Positions 39,328-49,097 of a DNA stretch of 64,000 nt are shown in pieces. Source of the stretch: a virus (Duplodnaviria > Caudoviricetes); IMG/VR virus record IMGVR_UViG_3300037851_001014, positions 18,823 to 82,822 of that record. One strand, written 5' to 3'. How positions within the stretch are numbered: position 1 is the stretch's first letter; each line of letters begins with the position of its first letter. Made by a program: the position numbers and the translations under genes. The notes under the pieces were generated by a model. That model did no database searches. It was not told the DNA's origin and saw nothing but the letters and a program-made list of their open reading frames with translations.

Positions 39328-39908
39328 TTGTTTGATCTCCGAGCAATCTCAACCAAGAACTCCGCCAGGGCTGGTGTGGTACGTGCCCTATACTTTTTGG
39401 TTACGAACTTCTTGGTGCGCCCAGCGTGTGCGCTGGTATCAATCACATGAGTAACGGCATCCAGGGTAAAGGTGTATGTCGGCAGCTGGACTCTTTCTAT
39501 GCCGCAGATGTAAAGCCACGTTCGTTTGACTGCAAGAAAGTCAAACCACCGCTGGTCTATATCAAGGGTCCAGCCACCATACTCGTCGTATTCCGACTGT
39601 TCTGGTCTAGGAAGATCACAATATGCCCATAGCTTAGAGTATGCCGGATGTTCCAGTACGCCGCCCCATAGGCGCACCTGTTCGACTGCCCAGGGGGAAT
39701 ATGCCATGATTTCCTTTGTGCCCTGGACAGTGGCGAGCTTATACATTCGTCCCCAACCAGCACACGGAGGATGGGCGACGACAGGCATCCCATCCGGAAA
39801 TGCCAAGGCGTTTCGCTCGGCATCGTAGCAATCCACCCCAGGCATAGTTTTGTAATGCGAGTCTTTCAGGACAAATAGAGCTGCAACATTGTACCGACTG
39901 TTGGTCAT
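39324..39908 (-). CDS. Short phage C5-cytosine methyltransferase-like protein
   Basis: VAALFV..VVAHPPC (catalytic PC), VLEHP, KRTWLY. Confidence 0.7.
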   Translation of the reverse strand: MTNSRYNVAALFVLKDSHYKTMPGVDCYDAERNALAFPDGMPVVAHPPCAGWGRMYKLATVQGTKEIMAYSPWAVEQVRLWGGVLEHPAYSKLWAYCDLPRPEQSEYDEYGGWTLDIDQRWFDFLAVKRTWLYICGIERVQLPTYTFTLDAVTHVIDTSAHAGRTKKFVTKKYRARTTPALAEFLVEIARRSNK

Positions 39909-40231
39909 AAGTATTCTGTCAACGCGGGGAGTATCTCTATTGCTTTCTCGATGGGAACCTTTTTGACACACGCACTGCCTCTACTTATATACACAGTGGA
40001 CGCAAGGCAGCAGAGCCGTATAGAGCCAAGCACAAAAAACTTTCTAGTGAGCGCGATCACCCGGGTGTATCTTTCCACCTTAAAGTGAGACGGACCTACT
40101 GTTCCGTCATTCCGCATACCCCATAGGGCAATTTCGTGCAAGTGCGACTCGATATACGCCACCCTTAAGTTTGGGCAAATATTCAATATTAGGCGTTTCT
40201 CGAGTCGGGCTACATTCAAGTGATCTTTCAC
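39905..40231 (-). CDS. Hypothetical protein
   Basis: GTGA/ATGA coupling at both ends. Confidence 0.5.
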   Translation of the reverse strand: MKDHLNVARLEKRLILNICPNLRVAYIESHLHEIALWGMRNDGTVGPSHFKVERYTRVIALTRKFFVLGSIRLCCLASTVYISRGSACVKKVPIEKAIEILPALTEYL

Positions 40232-40560
40232 ATCCACTGGATCGTGTACTTCCCGTTGTAGCTGTAGTCGCCGAAGGAAGCATCTCCCCATTCAATATGC
40301 AGCTGTAGCTTATCGCCTTCCCCCTGCTCGACAGAAAGACGCTCGCACGCAAGCCGCTTATTATCAGCGGGGTTTCCGAGAATCGTTGCGACACAAAAGG
40401 AGGCGCTAACTGTCTCTATTAGTGCGCGTGCATCGAGAAGATGTATTGCAATGGCCGTTTTCCAACCTGACGCGTACCCTGGTGGAGTAGCCGGCCTGGG
40501 CGCTACAGAGTATGCATACTCTGTCAGAATTTCACTTGCTTCAATATCGTTCATATTCAA
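40228..40560 (-). CDS. Hypothetical protein
   Basis: ORF in the - arm operon. Confidence 0.5.
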   Translation of the reverse strand: MNMNDIEASEILTEYAYSVAPRPATPPGYASGWKTAIAIHLLDARALIETVSASFCVATILGNPADNKRLACERLSVEQGEGDKLQLHIEWGDASFGDYSYNGKYTIQWM

Positions 40561-40568
40561 CTCTCTTT

Positions 40569-41252
40569 TTATATCCAGCCTATTTCTGGAGGATGAGGAT
40601 CCTCCAGCCTATCCCACACAAACCAAGCAAAAGCAATCATGCCTCTGTTCTTGAGAGGGGAACCGCCTCGACTTAGTGTAAGACGCTTGCGGAACACCCA
40701 TACACGAGACAGCCCGGTTTCCTCCAGTATCGATGATCGCTTTGCTCCTTCGAGAACAGCTAACTTGCCAAGAAAAGCAAATTTCTTTACATTCAAGCGG
40801 TAGGCAGCGAGAATGAAATCTTCAAAGAACTTGAATGGAGGATTGGTGATTATGCTATTTATGTCAAGAATATCGCGTAGCTGGATAAAATCTTTCCCAG
40901 TATAGCCATATCCATGATCGTGTAGATCTGTGCTCACCACATTATGGCTTCCATAGTAGTGCTCAAGCACCTTTGAGATAGACCCATCTCCGCAAGCCGG
41001 TTCGAGAATAGGGGGCTCGAACACTTCTACATCCAGCAGCGCCTCTGTTGCAAGAAAGGGTGTCGGATAAAAATCATCAATTGGTCGTCCGGGCGACGAC
41101 CCAACAATGCTTTGGGCTTTAATAGTAGTAGCCATAGATAACATCTCTTGGTATGTAACGCCCCACGGCGTGCTTGCAATTACGTCTTTCTCACTCATTT
41201 TTAGAAATGGAGACGGAAAGGCGTCGTTAGGGTCGGGGTATTGGTCCGTCAT
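40569..41252 (-). CDS. Amino (N6-adenine/N4-cytosine) DNA methyltransferase
   Basis: DDFYPTP, ILEPACGDG (SAM binding), IITNPPF (catalytic). Confidence 0.85.
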   Translation of the reverse strand: MTDQYPDPNDAFPSPFLKMSEKDVIASTPWGVTYQEMLSMATTIKAQSIVGSSPGRPIDDFYPTPFLATEALLDVEVFEPPILEPACGDGSISKVLEHYYGSHNVVSTDLHDHGYGYTGKDFIQLRDILDINSIITNPPFKFFEDFILAAYRLNVKKFAFLGKLAVLEGAKRSSILEETGLSRVWVFRKRLTLSRGGSPLKNRGMIAFAWFVWDRLEDPHPPEIGWI

Positions 41253-41257
41253 TCTTC

Positions 41258-41329
41258 TTATAGGTCTTCCAACAGTATAGCCTGCCGATTGTTTCTTGTA
41301 GCAGGTAATTGGATTACATAACTCGGCAT
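41258..41329 (-). CDS. Possible 23-aa peptide MPSYVIQLPATRNNRQAILLEDL
   Basis: AAAGGAG about 11 nt upstream; fills the spacer before the MTase. Confidence 0.35.
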   Translation of the reverse strand: MPSYVIQLPATRNNRQAILLEDL

Positions 41330-41354
41330 ATATTTATACTCTCCTTTGTTATAA

Positions 41355-41387
41355 AGTTACTGCACTTTCTCTTAAAGTGCAGTAACT
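41355..41387. terminator. Perfect 14-bp inverted repeat (terminator or operator)
   Basis: AGTTACTGCACTTT-ctctt-AAAGTGCAGTAACT in an AT-rich spacer. Confidence 0.55.
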
Positions 41388-41410
41388 GATTATTAGGTTT
41401 AACCTAACAA

Positions 41411-41644
41411 TCAATTGTCGTCTCTCGAAACAAGAGAACCGGTTTCAACAAATGTATGCAAATAGGGTAACAGGCTTTTTGCCTGTTCCCTGCTCAAATG
41501 CATCCGCTTATTGCCGACACCGAGCCAGATAGCATCTTCACTGGCTAAACTACTCTCTTGAATCGAGCAGTCATTCCCGTACAAATCCTCGAAATCCGCA
41601 CGTAAAAAACCCCGATCGGTTATTTCAAAATGTAGTTTAAACAT
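41411..41644 (-). CDS. Conserved phage hypothetical protein
   Basis: RGF..F.D.YG..CSIQESSLA.EDAIWLG..RMHL pattern. Confidence 0.7.
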   Translation of the reverse strand: MFKLHFEITDRGFLRADFEDLYGNDCSIQESSLASEDAIWLGVGNKRMHLSREQAKSLLPYLHTFVETGSLVSRDDN

Positions 41645-41690
41645 TCTGGTTCCATTTCCACCTGTACCGCTTCCGGCTTTTTTCCACCTG

Positions 41691-41966
41691 CTATCCAGAG
41701 GCTATCGCAGCTACTATACTAATGGTGATTTGCGCAGTCTCGCTGCGGCCACCCGCTGTGGTGATTGTGTTGGTCAGGGTGTATGCAGTACCTAATGTGC
41801 CGCCACTCAGCCAGATCGTGGTTATCTTAGTGGTATTGGACCTGGTGACTTCGGTTATACCCGCCGGAACTGTCCATGAGCTGGTTGCGATCGTGTCGCT
41901 CCCGAGCCAGTTGGTCCAGTCTACACCAAAATCCTTAGTCGCTGTTACGCTTTTGCTTAGTCCCAT
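41691..41966 (-). CDS. Fibre-tail adaptor-like protein
   Basis: AGGAG RBS; DFGVDWTNWL..TIATSSW..TTIWLSGGT.G..Y..TNTITT.GGR. Confidence 0.7.
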   Translation of the reverse strand: MGLSKSVTATKDFGVDWTNWLGSDTIATSSWTVPAGITEVTRSNTTKITTIWLSGGTLGTAYTLTNTITTAGGRSETAQITISIVAAIASG

Positions 41967-41976
41967 CAGGTTGCTC

Positions 41977-44900
41977 CTATTTACGAATAAATCGGTTTTC
42001 GATCGGTATGCCCAAGTCGCGATTTTCTTCCTTTACCGCTATTTCGTCCTGTTCAGATGCTATCTGAATATTACGCTGCTCGTTCTGAGCACGGTAGAAG
42101 TATGGCAGCTGTGCCAATGTTAGTCGGTGCCCAGGCAAATAGCTTACTGTGCCGTAGCTTCGTAGCGGATCTAGCACTACGCTCAAAGTACCAACCCATG
42201 CCAGTTGCCCTGCCGATTGCAATGCAGTAGAGGCAAGAGTAACGTGCAGCACGCCTTCCATGGTGGTTGCGGACCCAGCGGCATCCAGCGACAATGGATC
42301 AAGGGTACTTGACAGATCGCCGGCAAGGTTGATAAGCGTCTGGGACGAGAGCGATGTATTGTCAAGGTTCTTCGCTGTAACCCCAGAGATACTAACGTTC
42401 CCAGATCCAGCAACAGACACGCCAGTAAGCGTGGCCAAGAGAATGCCGGTTAGCGGTGTTTCCGTTTCACCAGATGCGTCGAGAGACACATCCCCAAGCG
42501 AGCTTGTCAGTGCGCCTGATACAGACGCCGTAGCACTGGACAGGCAAGTTATTCCAGCCAGGGCGATTGTAGCCGAACCAGAAAGCGAGACAACGCCCAG
42601 ATTGGCGGCCTGCAGATCTGCAAGCTGTTTGTCAAGTGCCCCAGATACTGCCCCAGATATAGCTCCAGACGCATCCAGGTCAACGGGATCCAGGGCCTTG
42701 GCTAAAGACCCAGATACTTGTACGGATCCGAGCAGCGACGTTGCGAGCCCCACAAGGGTCACGCTCAGCATACCAGTTATATCGGTCTCCGCAGCTATCC
42801 CTTCCGCAACAAGGCCTATCCCACTTAGGGATAAATTAAGCTCGCCGCTTACTGAAACAGTGCCATCCCCGGAAACGGATATCCCATCTAGCGACTTGTC
42901 GGTTGTGCCCATTGCCCGGGTTGCACCACTTGCGTCCAGTTGGACATCGGACAAGACGGCGTCAAGCGATCCAGAATGCCGTGGCGTTCCTTCGCTTTCG
43001 AGCATCAGCCCACCCAGGGTTTTCTCTGCAGATCCAACGACCTGTGCTGTTGCCTGGGAAGATAGAGCCGTGTCGCTTAGAGTCTTCGCGACTGCGCCAG
43101 ACAACGAGACTGCTGCTGAGCTTTCCAGAATGGCGCCGTCAAGGCTTTTGTCCAGAGATGCGGCTACGCCAATATTGATGCTTGCCAGCAAGCCAATGCC
43201 ATCAAGCGTCTTGTCCAGGTCACCTGTTATATCTGATACTGCTACGCCCTCGGCATCTAGCAAAACTCCGTCTAGGGTTTTAGATAAAGCACCAGAGACC
43301 AGTGCGCTTGCAGTCGCAGAGAGAGTAGTGTTGTCGAGCGTTTTGCCGAGAGTGCCCATTGCCTGGGCGGTACCTGCTGACTGAGCGATTGCGGCGTCAA
43401 GGGTTTTGGTAAGAGCGCCGGAAGCTGCAACGCCTCCAGCTGCACTTGCTAAAATACCGTCCAGGGTCTTGGCAAGCGATCCGGTGTGGTAGACCAATCC
43501 ATCGGAACCCAATGCAATATCGTCGAGCGTTATTGCCAGAGACCCTACGGCTACAACAGCGCCGGTTGAACTTATACCAATGCCATCAAGAGTCTTGGAG
43601 AACGATCCGGCCAGGCTTGTTGCACCTGCGGCAAAGACCCCTATTCCATCAAGCGTTTTCGAGAATGTACCACTCAGGATAATCGTGCCCGCAGAAGCCG
43701 AAAGCATACCCGCCAGGGTTTTGTCTAAAGAGCCGGCGGCTGCCAGCGTCCCATCGGCCTCAAGAGTTGCGGTAGCAAGAGTTTTGGATAGAGATCCTGC
43801 TACCTGAACTGTGCCTGCGGACACCAGTGTACTTGACGCCAGAGTTTTGGATGTTTGCCCCCACGACGGGACCGTGCCAGCAGATGAAGATGTTGCACTG
43901 GCAAGAGTCTTCGAGAGAGTTCCGGTTACCGCTGTCGCAGCTGCCATAAAAGTTGCAATCGCCGCCGCCCAGTCGACACTATCTGTTCCGGTATGCGCTG
44001 CCGTTTGAGCAGTAGTGGCGCTGACAACCTCGGCAGCAGTATATATATTTACGTTACTTGCATCGCCACCACCGGTTGTCCCAACTTGTTGCTCGTTCCC
44101 ACTGACGTTTCCAGAGCCGGTTGTCCAAGAGCCTTTAAGGTCTCCCGCATCACCGCTATCCTCAGTCCCAGCAACTCCAATAACAAGCTCATCAGCCTGC
44201 GAGAGGGTTGCGGTTGCGCCCGACGACTGAGATGTCCCCGTTCCGGTTGCCGTTGCAGATTTGTCAAACGGCATCTCCACCGTTGCGCCAGTAAAGTTGC
44301 GGTAAATAACCGCGTTTACAGACTGGCTTAGATAGGAGGTTGTGTATAGCGTTCTGGCCGTTAATCCATTGTACGTGCTGTCGTTTACGTCAAGCCTGAC
44401 ATAATTGCTTGCCGTTCCATCGCCATATTCCAGCAAGACGTAGACGTATTCTCCAGCAGTTAGCCCAACCGATCCAGAATTGAAGGTGTAGAAAGTTGAC
44501 GATGTTGTTAGCGTTGACACATCTATCGTTCCGAGTGTCCCCAAGATGCTGTCATCTGACGCTTTTCTTATCCTAAGTGTTGCTGTTCCGGTTGGCGATC
44601 CACTTTTTTGTAGCAACAAATCAATTCGCGAAACCGTGCAACTTCCCGGAACAAAACCAAAACCAGCCCGCTTTTGGGTATCATTTAAGAGCACTAGTAC
44701 AGTTGATACCGAATTGATTTCGTCGGGCATTGTCATATATCCAGACAATCCAGTTACTTTGTATACAGATGCTGCTTTTGCCCCACTCGAAGATAAAACC
44801 AATGTCTTGCCTGTTATATTTGACAGAACTTTGCCAGCCAGGATTGTTGTTGCTACATTCCCGGAGTTAACAGAACTTGCAATCATGAATAACGGCAGGG

Positions 44901-45063
44901 CGTTACCAAGATAGCCGGCTTCCGACACATAGCGCGCAGAGACCTGTGAATCTCCTGCGTAGCAGGCAACAATCCAGTCGCCAACACTGGAACTAATAGT
45001 AACGCTGACGGTACTGTCGACTTTGTTTTGATTTGTGCCCAGGGGAGTGATGCTGATCGCCAT
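41977..45063 (-). CDS. Long fibre protein, 1028 aa, with about 28 repeats of ~21 aa
   Basis: Repeat consensus xGxLxKTLDxxxLxxxGxV; beta-rich N-terminal domains. Confidence 0.75.
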   Translation of the reverse strand: MAISITPLGTNQNKVDSTVSVTISSSVGDWIVACYAGDSQVSARYVSEAGYLGNALPLFMIASSVNSGNVATTILAGKVLSNITGKTLVLSSSGAKAASVYKVTGLSGYMTMPDEINSVSTVLVLLNDTQKRAGFGFVPGSCTVSRIDLLLQKSGSPTGTATLRIRKASDDSILGTLGTIDVSTLTTSSTFYTFNSGSVGLTAGEYVYVLLEYGDGTASNYVRLDVNDSTYNGLTARTLYTTSYLSQSVNAVIYRNFTGATVEMPFDKSATATGTGTSQSSGATATLSQADELVIGVAGTEDSGDAGDLKGSWTTGSGNVSGNEQQVGTTGGGDASNVNIYTAAEVVSATTAQTAAHTGTDSVDWAAAIATFMAAATAVTGTLSKTLASATSSSAGTVPSWGQTSKTLASSTLVSAGTVQVAGSLSKTLATATLEADGTLAAAGSLDKTLAGMLSASAGTIILSGTFSKTLDGIGVFAAGATSLAGSFSKTLDGIGISSTGAVVAVGSLAITLDDIALGSDGLVYHTGSLAKTLDGILASAAGGVAASGALTKTLDAAIAQSAGTAQAMGTLGKTLDNTTLSATASALVSGALSKTLDGVLLDAEGVAVSDITGDLDKTLDGIGLLASINIGVAASLDKSLDGAILESSAAVSLSGAVAKTLSDTALSSQATAQVVGSAEKTLGGLMLESEGTPRHSGSLDAVLSDVQLDASGATRAMGTTDKSLDGISVSGDGTVSVSGELNLSLSGIGLVAEGIAAETDITGMLSVTLVGLATSLLGSVQVSGSLAKALDPVDLDASGAISGAVSGALDKQLADLQAANLGVVSLSGSATIALAGITCLSSATASVSGALTSSLGDVSLDASGETETPLTGILLATLTGVSVAGSGNVSISGVTAKNLDNTSLSSQTLINLAGDLSSTLDPLSLDAAGSATTMEGVLHVTLASTALQSAGQLAWVGTLSVVLDPLRSYGTVSYLPGHRLTLAQLPYFYRAQNEQRNIQIASEQDEIAVKEENRDLGIPIENRFIRK

Positions 45064-45064
45064 A

Positions 45065-45358
45065 CTACGCAGCCGCCGGGTACTTAACTTGCACGACGTA
45101 ATTGCCCATCATAATTCCCCCGTTCACACTATCCCACCCAAGCTGAATGCCAGTCACGTTCCAGCTTGTCGTTGCGTTGGGCGGCGCAACTGCCGTAAAC
45201 GCTTCCACTCCGCTATCCAGGATCGCCGCAGCCGCACTAAGGTTGCTATTGTTAGTGCACCTGACGCGTGAAACGCGCCAGTTCGCATCGTTAACATCAA
45301 ACTCGACGCGAACTATCCCGCCCGCAAAAGATGAATGCTCGAATGTTAGGGTAGCCAT
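45065..45358 (-). CDS. Small beta-rich protein of the fibre cassette
   Basis: Tightly packed between cassette genes. Confidence 0.6.
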   Translation of the reverse strand: MATLTFEHSSFAGGIVRVEFDVNDANWRVSRVRCTNNSNLSAAAAILDSGVEAFTAVAPPNATTSWNVTGIQLGWDSVNGGIMMGNYVVQVKYPAAA

Positions 45359-45376
45359 TGCCTACCCGCACTTGGG

Positions 45377-45781
45377 TTAATTGCCGTCAGTCAGGGTGAA
45401 CGTAGTAATCGTCACCGTCATGCCAACATCCAAGTTGATGCTGGACAGTTCCATGTCGCCGCCACCGCCAGTTGCGGTGACGGTGCCCTGGATATGCTGG
45501 GTGGTACCATTAGACGCATAAATGCGGAAGTGGCCAGCTGCGCCCTGGGCATCGGCTGACGCGTCCTCCCATGTTCCCGCTTTCGCCTTGCTTCCCCCGC
45601 TGGCAGCAGCCATCCAGTCAGACGGCAGAGTCAGGGTTGCCAGGACGGTACCAGAATCGGCATCACCAATGTTGGTTGGCGGTGTTCCGGTTCGGATCTT
45701 GAGGACAGCGCTTGTTCCGATCGCGGTTTCAATTGCGTCGAGGCGAGCATCTTTCACTGCGTTTGATATCTTTATAGCCAT
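45377..45781 (-). CDS. Fibre-associated structural protein
   Basis: AAGGAG RBS; ARLDAIETAIG.SAVLKIRTG..DSGTVLATL.LPSDW..GGGGDM, a pattern typical of phage fibre modules. Confidence 0.75.
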   Translation of the reverse strand: MAIKISNAVKDARLDAIETAIGTSAVLKIRTGTPPTNIGDADSGTVLATLTLPSDWMAAASGGSKAKAGTWEDASADAQGAAGHFRIYASNGTTQHIQGTVTATGGGGDMELSSINLDVGMTVTITTFTLTDGN

Positions 45782-45811
45782 TGGGAAACTCCTTTTGTAG
45801 AATAGCCTTTA

Positions 45812-45964
45812 TTATACTATCCGGTGCGAAGTCATGTGATACGCACCACACGTGTAGCACCAATAATAGTCACACTCTTTTCGACGTGCGTTTTTTCTCT
45901 TTGCGATCCTGTGTAAGGCCGCCTTAACCTCTGCCAATCGATAGAATTTCTTCTTTTTGCACAT
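45812..45964 (-). CDS. 50-aa Zn-finger-like protein (below ORF-track cutoff)
   Basis: GGAG + ATG; MCKKKKFY..KAALHRI..ECDYYWCYTCGAYHMTS. Confidence 0.65.
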   Translation of the reverse strand: MCKKKKFYRLAEVKAALHRIAKRKNARRKECDYYWCYTCGAYHMTSHRIV

Positions 45965-46279
45965 TGTTATTCTCCATACTTGCCGGATTACACTATCCGG
46001 CTCGGCTTACCTTCTCCTAATAAAATTGTCAATGGTGTCAGGCGTTCGCTTTTTGAGGAGTACGGGCTTTCACCTGCCTAAGTACCTTTCTCTACCTGAC
46101 CTTACGTGTCGCCCGTTTGGTGTGACCCACATTGACCACTGACACATATTATTTTGCTGACTGGCTGGCAACCCTTTCGGGCGAACGCGTTGTCTACGCT
46201 CGCTCTCTGCCGTTTCTCGAACACAGGCATCTCGTCCCAGGAGAGTTGCGCCAGTTTCTCAGCCGATGCATAAACAATT

Positions 46280-46585
46280 TTACTTTAGTTTTAGCAAGGC
46301 ACCAATCTGGCTGTCGAACATTAGCCAGTCAATGTCGCGCCTTATGCATGTCGGAAATGGAACGTAGTATTCCCGCCTGTTCGTTTTCTTCATGCCTATA
46401 GCGCCAACTTCATGAAGCCGCACCATCGCCAAGTGTACCTCGGAAAGGCTGGAATAGATTCCCAGCTTGAGCAGCTCGCGATAGGTCGGCTGACGCCCCT
46501 CCTCAACGATGAACTGTGTCATCCTGCGATAGAACTCGATCAAGGTATCAACCGTCTCTGGTTGCATGCCGGGCGGTCTGCTCAT
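46280..46585 (-). CDS. LexA-type winged-HTH regulator (no peptidase domain)
   Basis: FIVEEGRQPTYRELL..SSLSEVHLAMVRLHEVG. Confidence 0.7.
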   Translation of the reverse strand: MSRPPGMQPETVDTLIEFYRRMTQFIVEEGRQPTYRELLKLGIYSSLSEVHLAMVRLHEVGAIGMKKTNRREYYVPFPTCIRRDIDWLMFDSQIGALLKLK

Positions 46586-46809
46586 CGTATTGCCTCTCTG
46601 AGAGCATCTGTAGAGATCCACTCCCTACCGGAATACATCACGCACTCACCATCGAATGACACGCGCAGCTCAAGCTGCTGCCCGGCTGTCGCATTTTCTA
46701 TTGCGCTGCAGTCCAACAGGGCATCAAGATACCTGGCAGTCAGCAGGAATAAGCAGAAAGCGATCGAAAGAATAAGCGCCAGATACACACAGTTAATTGG
46801 ACGGTACAC
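46582..46809 (-). CDS. Small membrane-anchored protein
   Basis: N-terminal hydrophobic helix; GGAGG RBS. Confidence 0.5.
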   Translation of the reverse strand: MYRPINCVYLALILSIAFCLFLLTARYLDALLDCSAIENATAGQQLELRVSFDGECVMYSGREWISTDALREAIR

Positions 46810-47203
46810 TTGTTACCTCCAAATCGTGCGCATGCCACCATTTCCAGTCTGGACGCACGTAATAATATAAGTGGTTGCCGCTATAAGTGTATGACTTTTT
46901 GCAATACAAATGGAGACTGGATATTAGCTGTGCCATAAAGTCGCCCGCTTTCGCCAAGTCGGCATCGTTCAATTTTGATTTCACTTCGACGGTCGTACCC
47001 TGCGGACCCGCTACAAAGTCCACGCTCCTGGCGATCTTATCAGCAACAAAGTAAATACTTACGCGCAGGTCAAACCCGCGAGCATCGGTGTTGACATAAA
47101 GGCCGTCTTTCAAAAACGACAGCCCTTCCACTTTATTGAAAGCCTCGACCAATTCTTTGTAAACAGATTCCGATAACACTAATTTTCTCCTTTTCTCGCA
47201 CAC
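46793..47203 (-). CDS. Hypothetical protein
   Basis: ORF in the - arm operon. Confidence 0.55.
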   Translation of the reverse strand: MCEKRRKLVLSESVYKELVEAFNKVEGLSFLKDGLYVNTDARGFDLRVSIYFVADKIARSVDFVAGPQGTTVEVKSKLNDADLAKAGDFMAQLISSLHLYCKKSYTYSGNHLYYYVRPDWKWWHAHDLEVTSVPSN

Positions 47204-47233
47204 ATGCGCACACGCACGTTAATCAACCGTGTT

Positions 47234-47476
47234 TTATGGCACATCATCATTGTAGTGGGGGAGGACAGTAAGGTTGCTTATCCGAACTATGTTCTTGCAG
47301 TATGGGCAGGATCCCCATTCGTCGCTCATGCCGGACACTTCAAGCCACTGCTGGGGTACCCGCCCACACCCCGGGCAAATCCGATTCTTTGCGCTGTGTT
47401 TCTCTTTGAAACTTTCAAACCAATCACATGCAGCTGCATACGCTGCGCCGAACACGAGGAAAATATCATCAGGCAT
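47234..47476 (-). CDS. Zn-ribbon protein
   Basis: AAGGAG + ATG 47476; CPGC..CPYC. Confidence 0.6.
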   Translation of the reverse strand: MPDDIFLVFGAAYAAACDWFESFKEKHSAKNRICPGCGRVPQQWLEVSGMSDEWGSCPYCKNIVRISNLTVLPHYNDDVP

Positions 47477-47687
47477 TGATTCTCTCCTTGTCAAACTTGT
47501 CCACTGGTATAAGAGCCAGTATGAACGGCCCGAGCACTGGTCCTTGATGGTACCTGTATTTGTTTGGTACGGCAGCCTTCGGCCCAAACGTGAACAAGTA
47601 ATGGTCTGCGCCATTCTTTTTGATGAGGCCCTGGCAAACGCCAGGACCCCATCCAAAGCAAATTGTGTCGTGAAATTTAGGTTCCAT
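47469..47687 (-). CDS. Hypothetical protein
   Basis: Abuts both neighbours. Confidence 0.5.
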   Translation of the reverse strand: MEPKFHDTICFGWGPGVCQGLIKKNGADHYLFTFGPKAAVPNKYRYHQGPVLGPFILALIPVDKFDKERINA

Positions 47688-48278
47688 TTATATAACAAAG
47701 TGTACGTAGGTGATACCTGCACTGGTAACCGTTGCAGAACGCAGCCAGTCGCAATCTTCCCAGGGACTTATGTCCATAGCAAAATATGCTGTGCGCCCAT
47801 TCTTGAACACTAGCCACTCTGCAGCCCTGTAACCGGCAAGGTTCTTGCCGATTGAGCGCCGGACGATCTCCCCAAATATCTGGACAAGCGTTTCCCTGCG
47901 GCTAAACAGCAGCAACAGAACAGGCTTGCTGACGCCCCTCTTGCTTTCTTCATATGTGTCTGCTTTGGTCACGAGGCCATGTGTGCCAACCGGAAAACTC
48001 TGGTCTATCCCATTTGCAATACAGTATTCGAGCAATGTAATCGGATAGTCCTTCTCTCCAATGACGCCACGATCAACCAGATGTTTTCTGGCGATCAGTC
48101 TGTCTTGCATACCGAGCTCGGTACAAGTAATTGTATCCAGAAGCATCATCTGCTCTACAATTGCCTGATCTAGTGGAAGGTGGCCATTGCCGTGGTGCGC
48201 TTTTATCCAGGCCACCGAGTACAGGCTAACATTCTTTGCCTTGAGCGCATCAATCATTTCCTGCGTGTATACTGTCAT
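47688..48278 (-). CDS. Hypothetical protein
   Basis: GAGG RBS; ATGA coupling. Confidence 0.6.
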   Translation of the reverse strand: MTVYTQEMIDALKAKNVSLYSVAWIKAHHGNGHLPLDQAIVEQMMLLDTITCTELGMQDRLIARKHLVDRGVIGEKDYPITLLEYCIANGIDQSFPVGTHGLVTKADTYEESKRGVSKPVLLLLFSRRETLVQIFGEIVRRSIGKNLAGYRAAEWLVFKNGRTAYFAMDISPWEDCDWLRSATVTSAGITYVHFVI

Positions 48279-48598
48279 GCCAACCTCGCTAAGTTCACAT
48301 AGATAAGGGATACAATCTCGCGAAACATTTCTTCCGGCTTAGAATAGCTACTGTACATAACACTAAACTCGAATACTGTTTCGCTTTCGTTTCCTCGCAT
48401 ATTTATGTTTGCGGCACCCTGTTCGCGGTCAACAACAACCGACCAGTCTGGATAATCGACCATCCATGTTTCGCCGGCCCGCAAGCAAACGCACATAGCG
48501 GCTATGCGCTCACTTGAGGACTTGAGCCGGGTTCCCCAGCTCTCTCGAAGTTCATTTTCTGTTATGCCGTAGTATTCGTTATCCATAGATGGCGTCAT
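48275..48598 (-). CDS. Hypothetical protein
   Basis: AGGAG RBS. Confidence 0.55.
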   Translation of the reverse strand: MTPSMDNEYYGITENELRESWGTRLKSSSERIAAMCVCLRAGETWMVDYPDWSVVVDREQGAANINMRGNESETVFEFSVMYSSYSKPEEMFREIVSLIYVNLARLA

Positions 48599-49097
48599 AT
48601 AATAGTTCTCCTGCTGTCTCTATACGCCCTTGAATAGGTTTATTGTATCGGAAATCAAAATCGCTTATGAGCCTCATAACGCCCTTGCGGATTGCAATGA
48701 TACCCTCGTATCGGATTAGATACATGATGCACTGCACTTGTCCGGCACCGCCTTCTGTAAACGGGTGGCATTTTCGATGCACAAATCCGCAATTCCAGTC
48801 AACGTGTATCTCCAGGCGGAGCTCATCAGAACCGCCCTGGACATCGCTTCGCTGTACAACAAACTCGCCAACATCCATCTCGGCAAGAACACCGCTCTTG
48901 CCACAATATGCACACTCATACGCTGGTTCCAGCAGTCCCCGGTGTCCTTCGAGAACGCTGGGCGCGACGTTCCCTTCGCTCAGAAAGAATACGCGCTTGG
49001 CGCGCGTCTCGCTCAGCCTGGCGCGCAGCTCGTTTCTCTTGAAGGAAAGCTGCCCTCGATACAATTCCGAGTCTTGTATTAATTTCTTCCGATCCAT
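48579..49097 (-). CDS. Zn-binding HNH/NinG-like nuclease candidate
   Basis: CAYCG..NCGFVHRKCH. Confidence 0.5.
   Translation of the reverse strand: MDRKKLIQDSELYRGQLSFKRNELRARLSETRAKRVFFLSEGNVAPSVLEGHRGLLEPAYECAYCGKSGVLAEMDVGEFVVQRSDVQGGSDELRLEIHVDWNCGFVHRKCHPFTEGGAGQVQCIMYLIRYEGIIAIRKGVMRLISDFDFRYNKPIQGRIETAGELLYDAIYG

Noticed and set aside
48916-49097. 182-bp overlap as a functional dual-coding region
   Set aside because: The overlapping tail is low-complexity and Arg/Ala-rich; a simple run-on C-terminus explains it.
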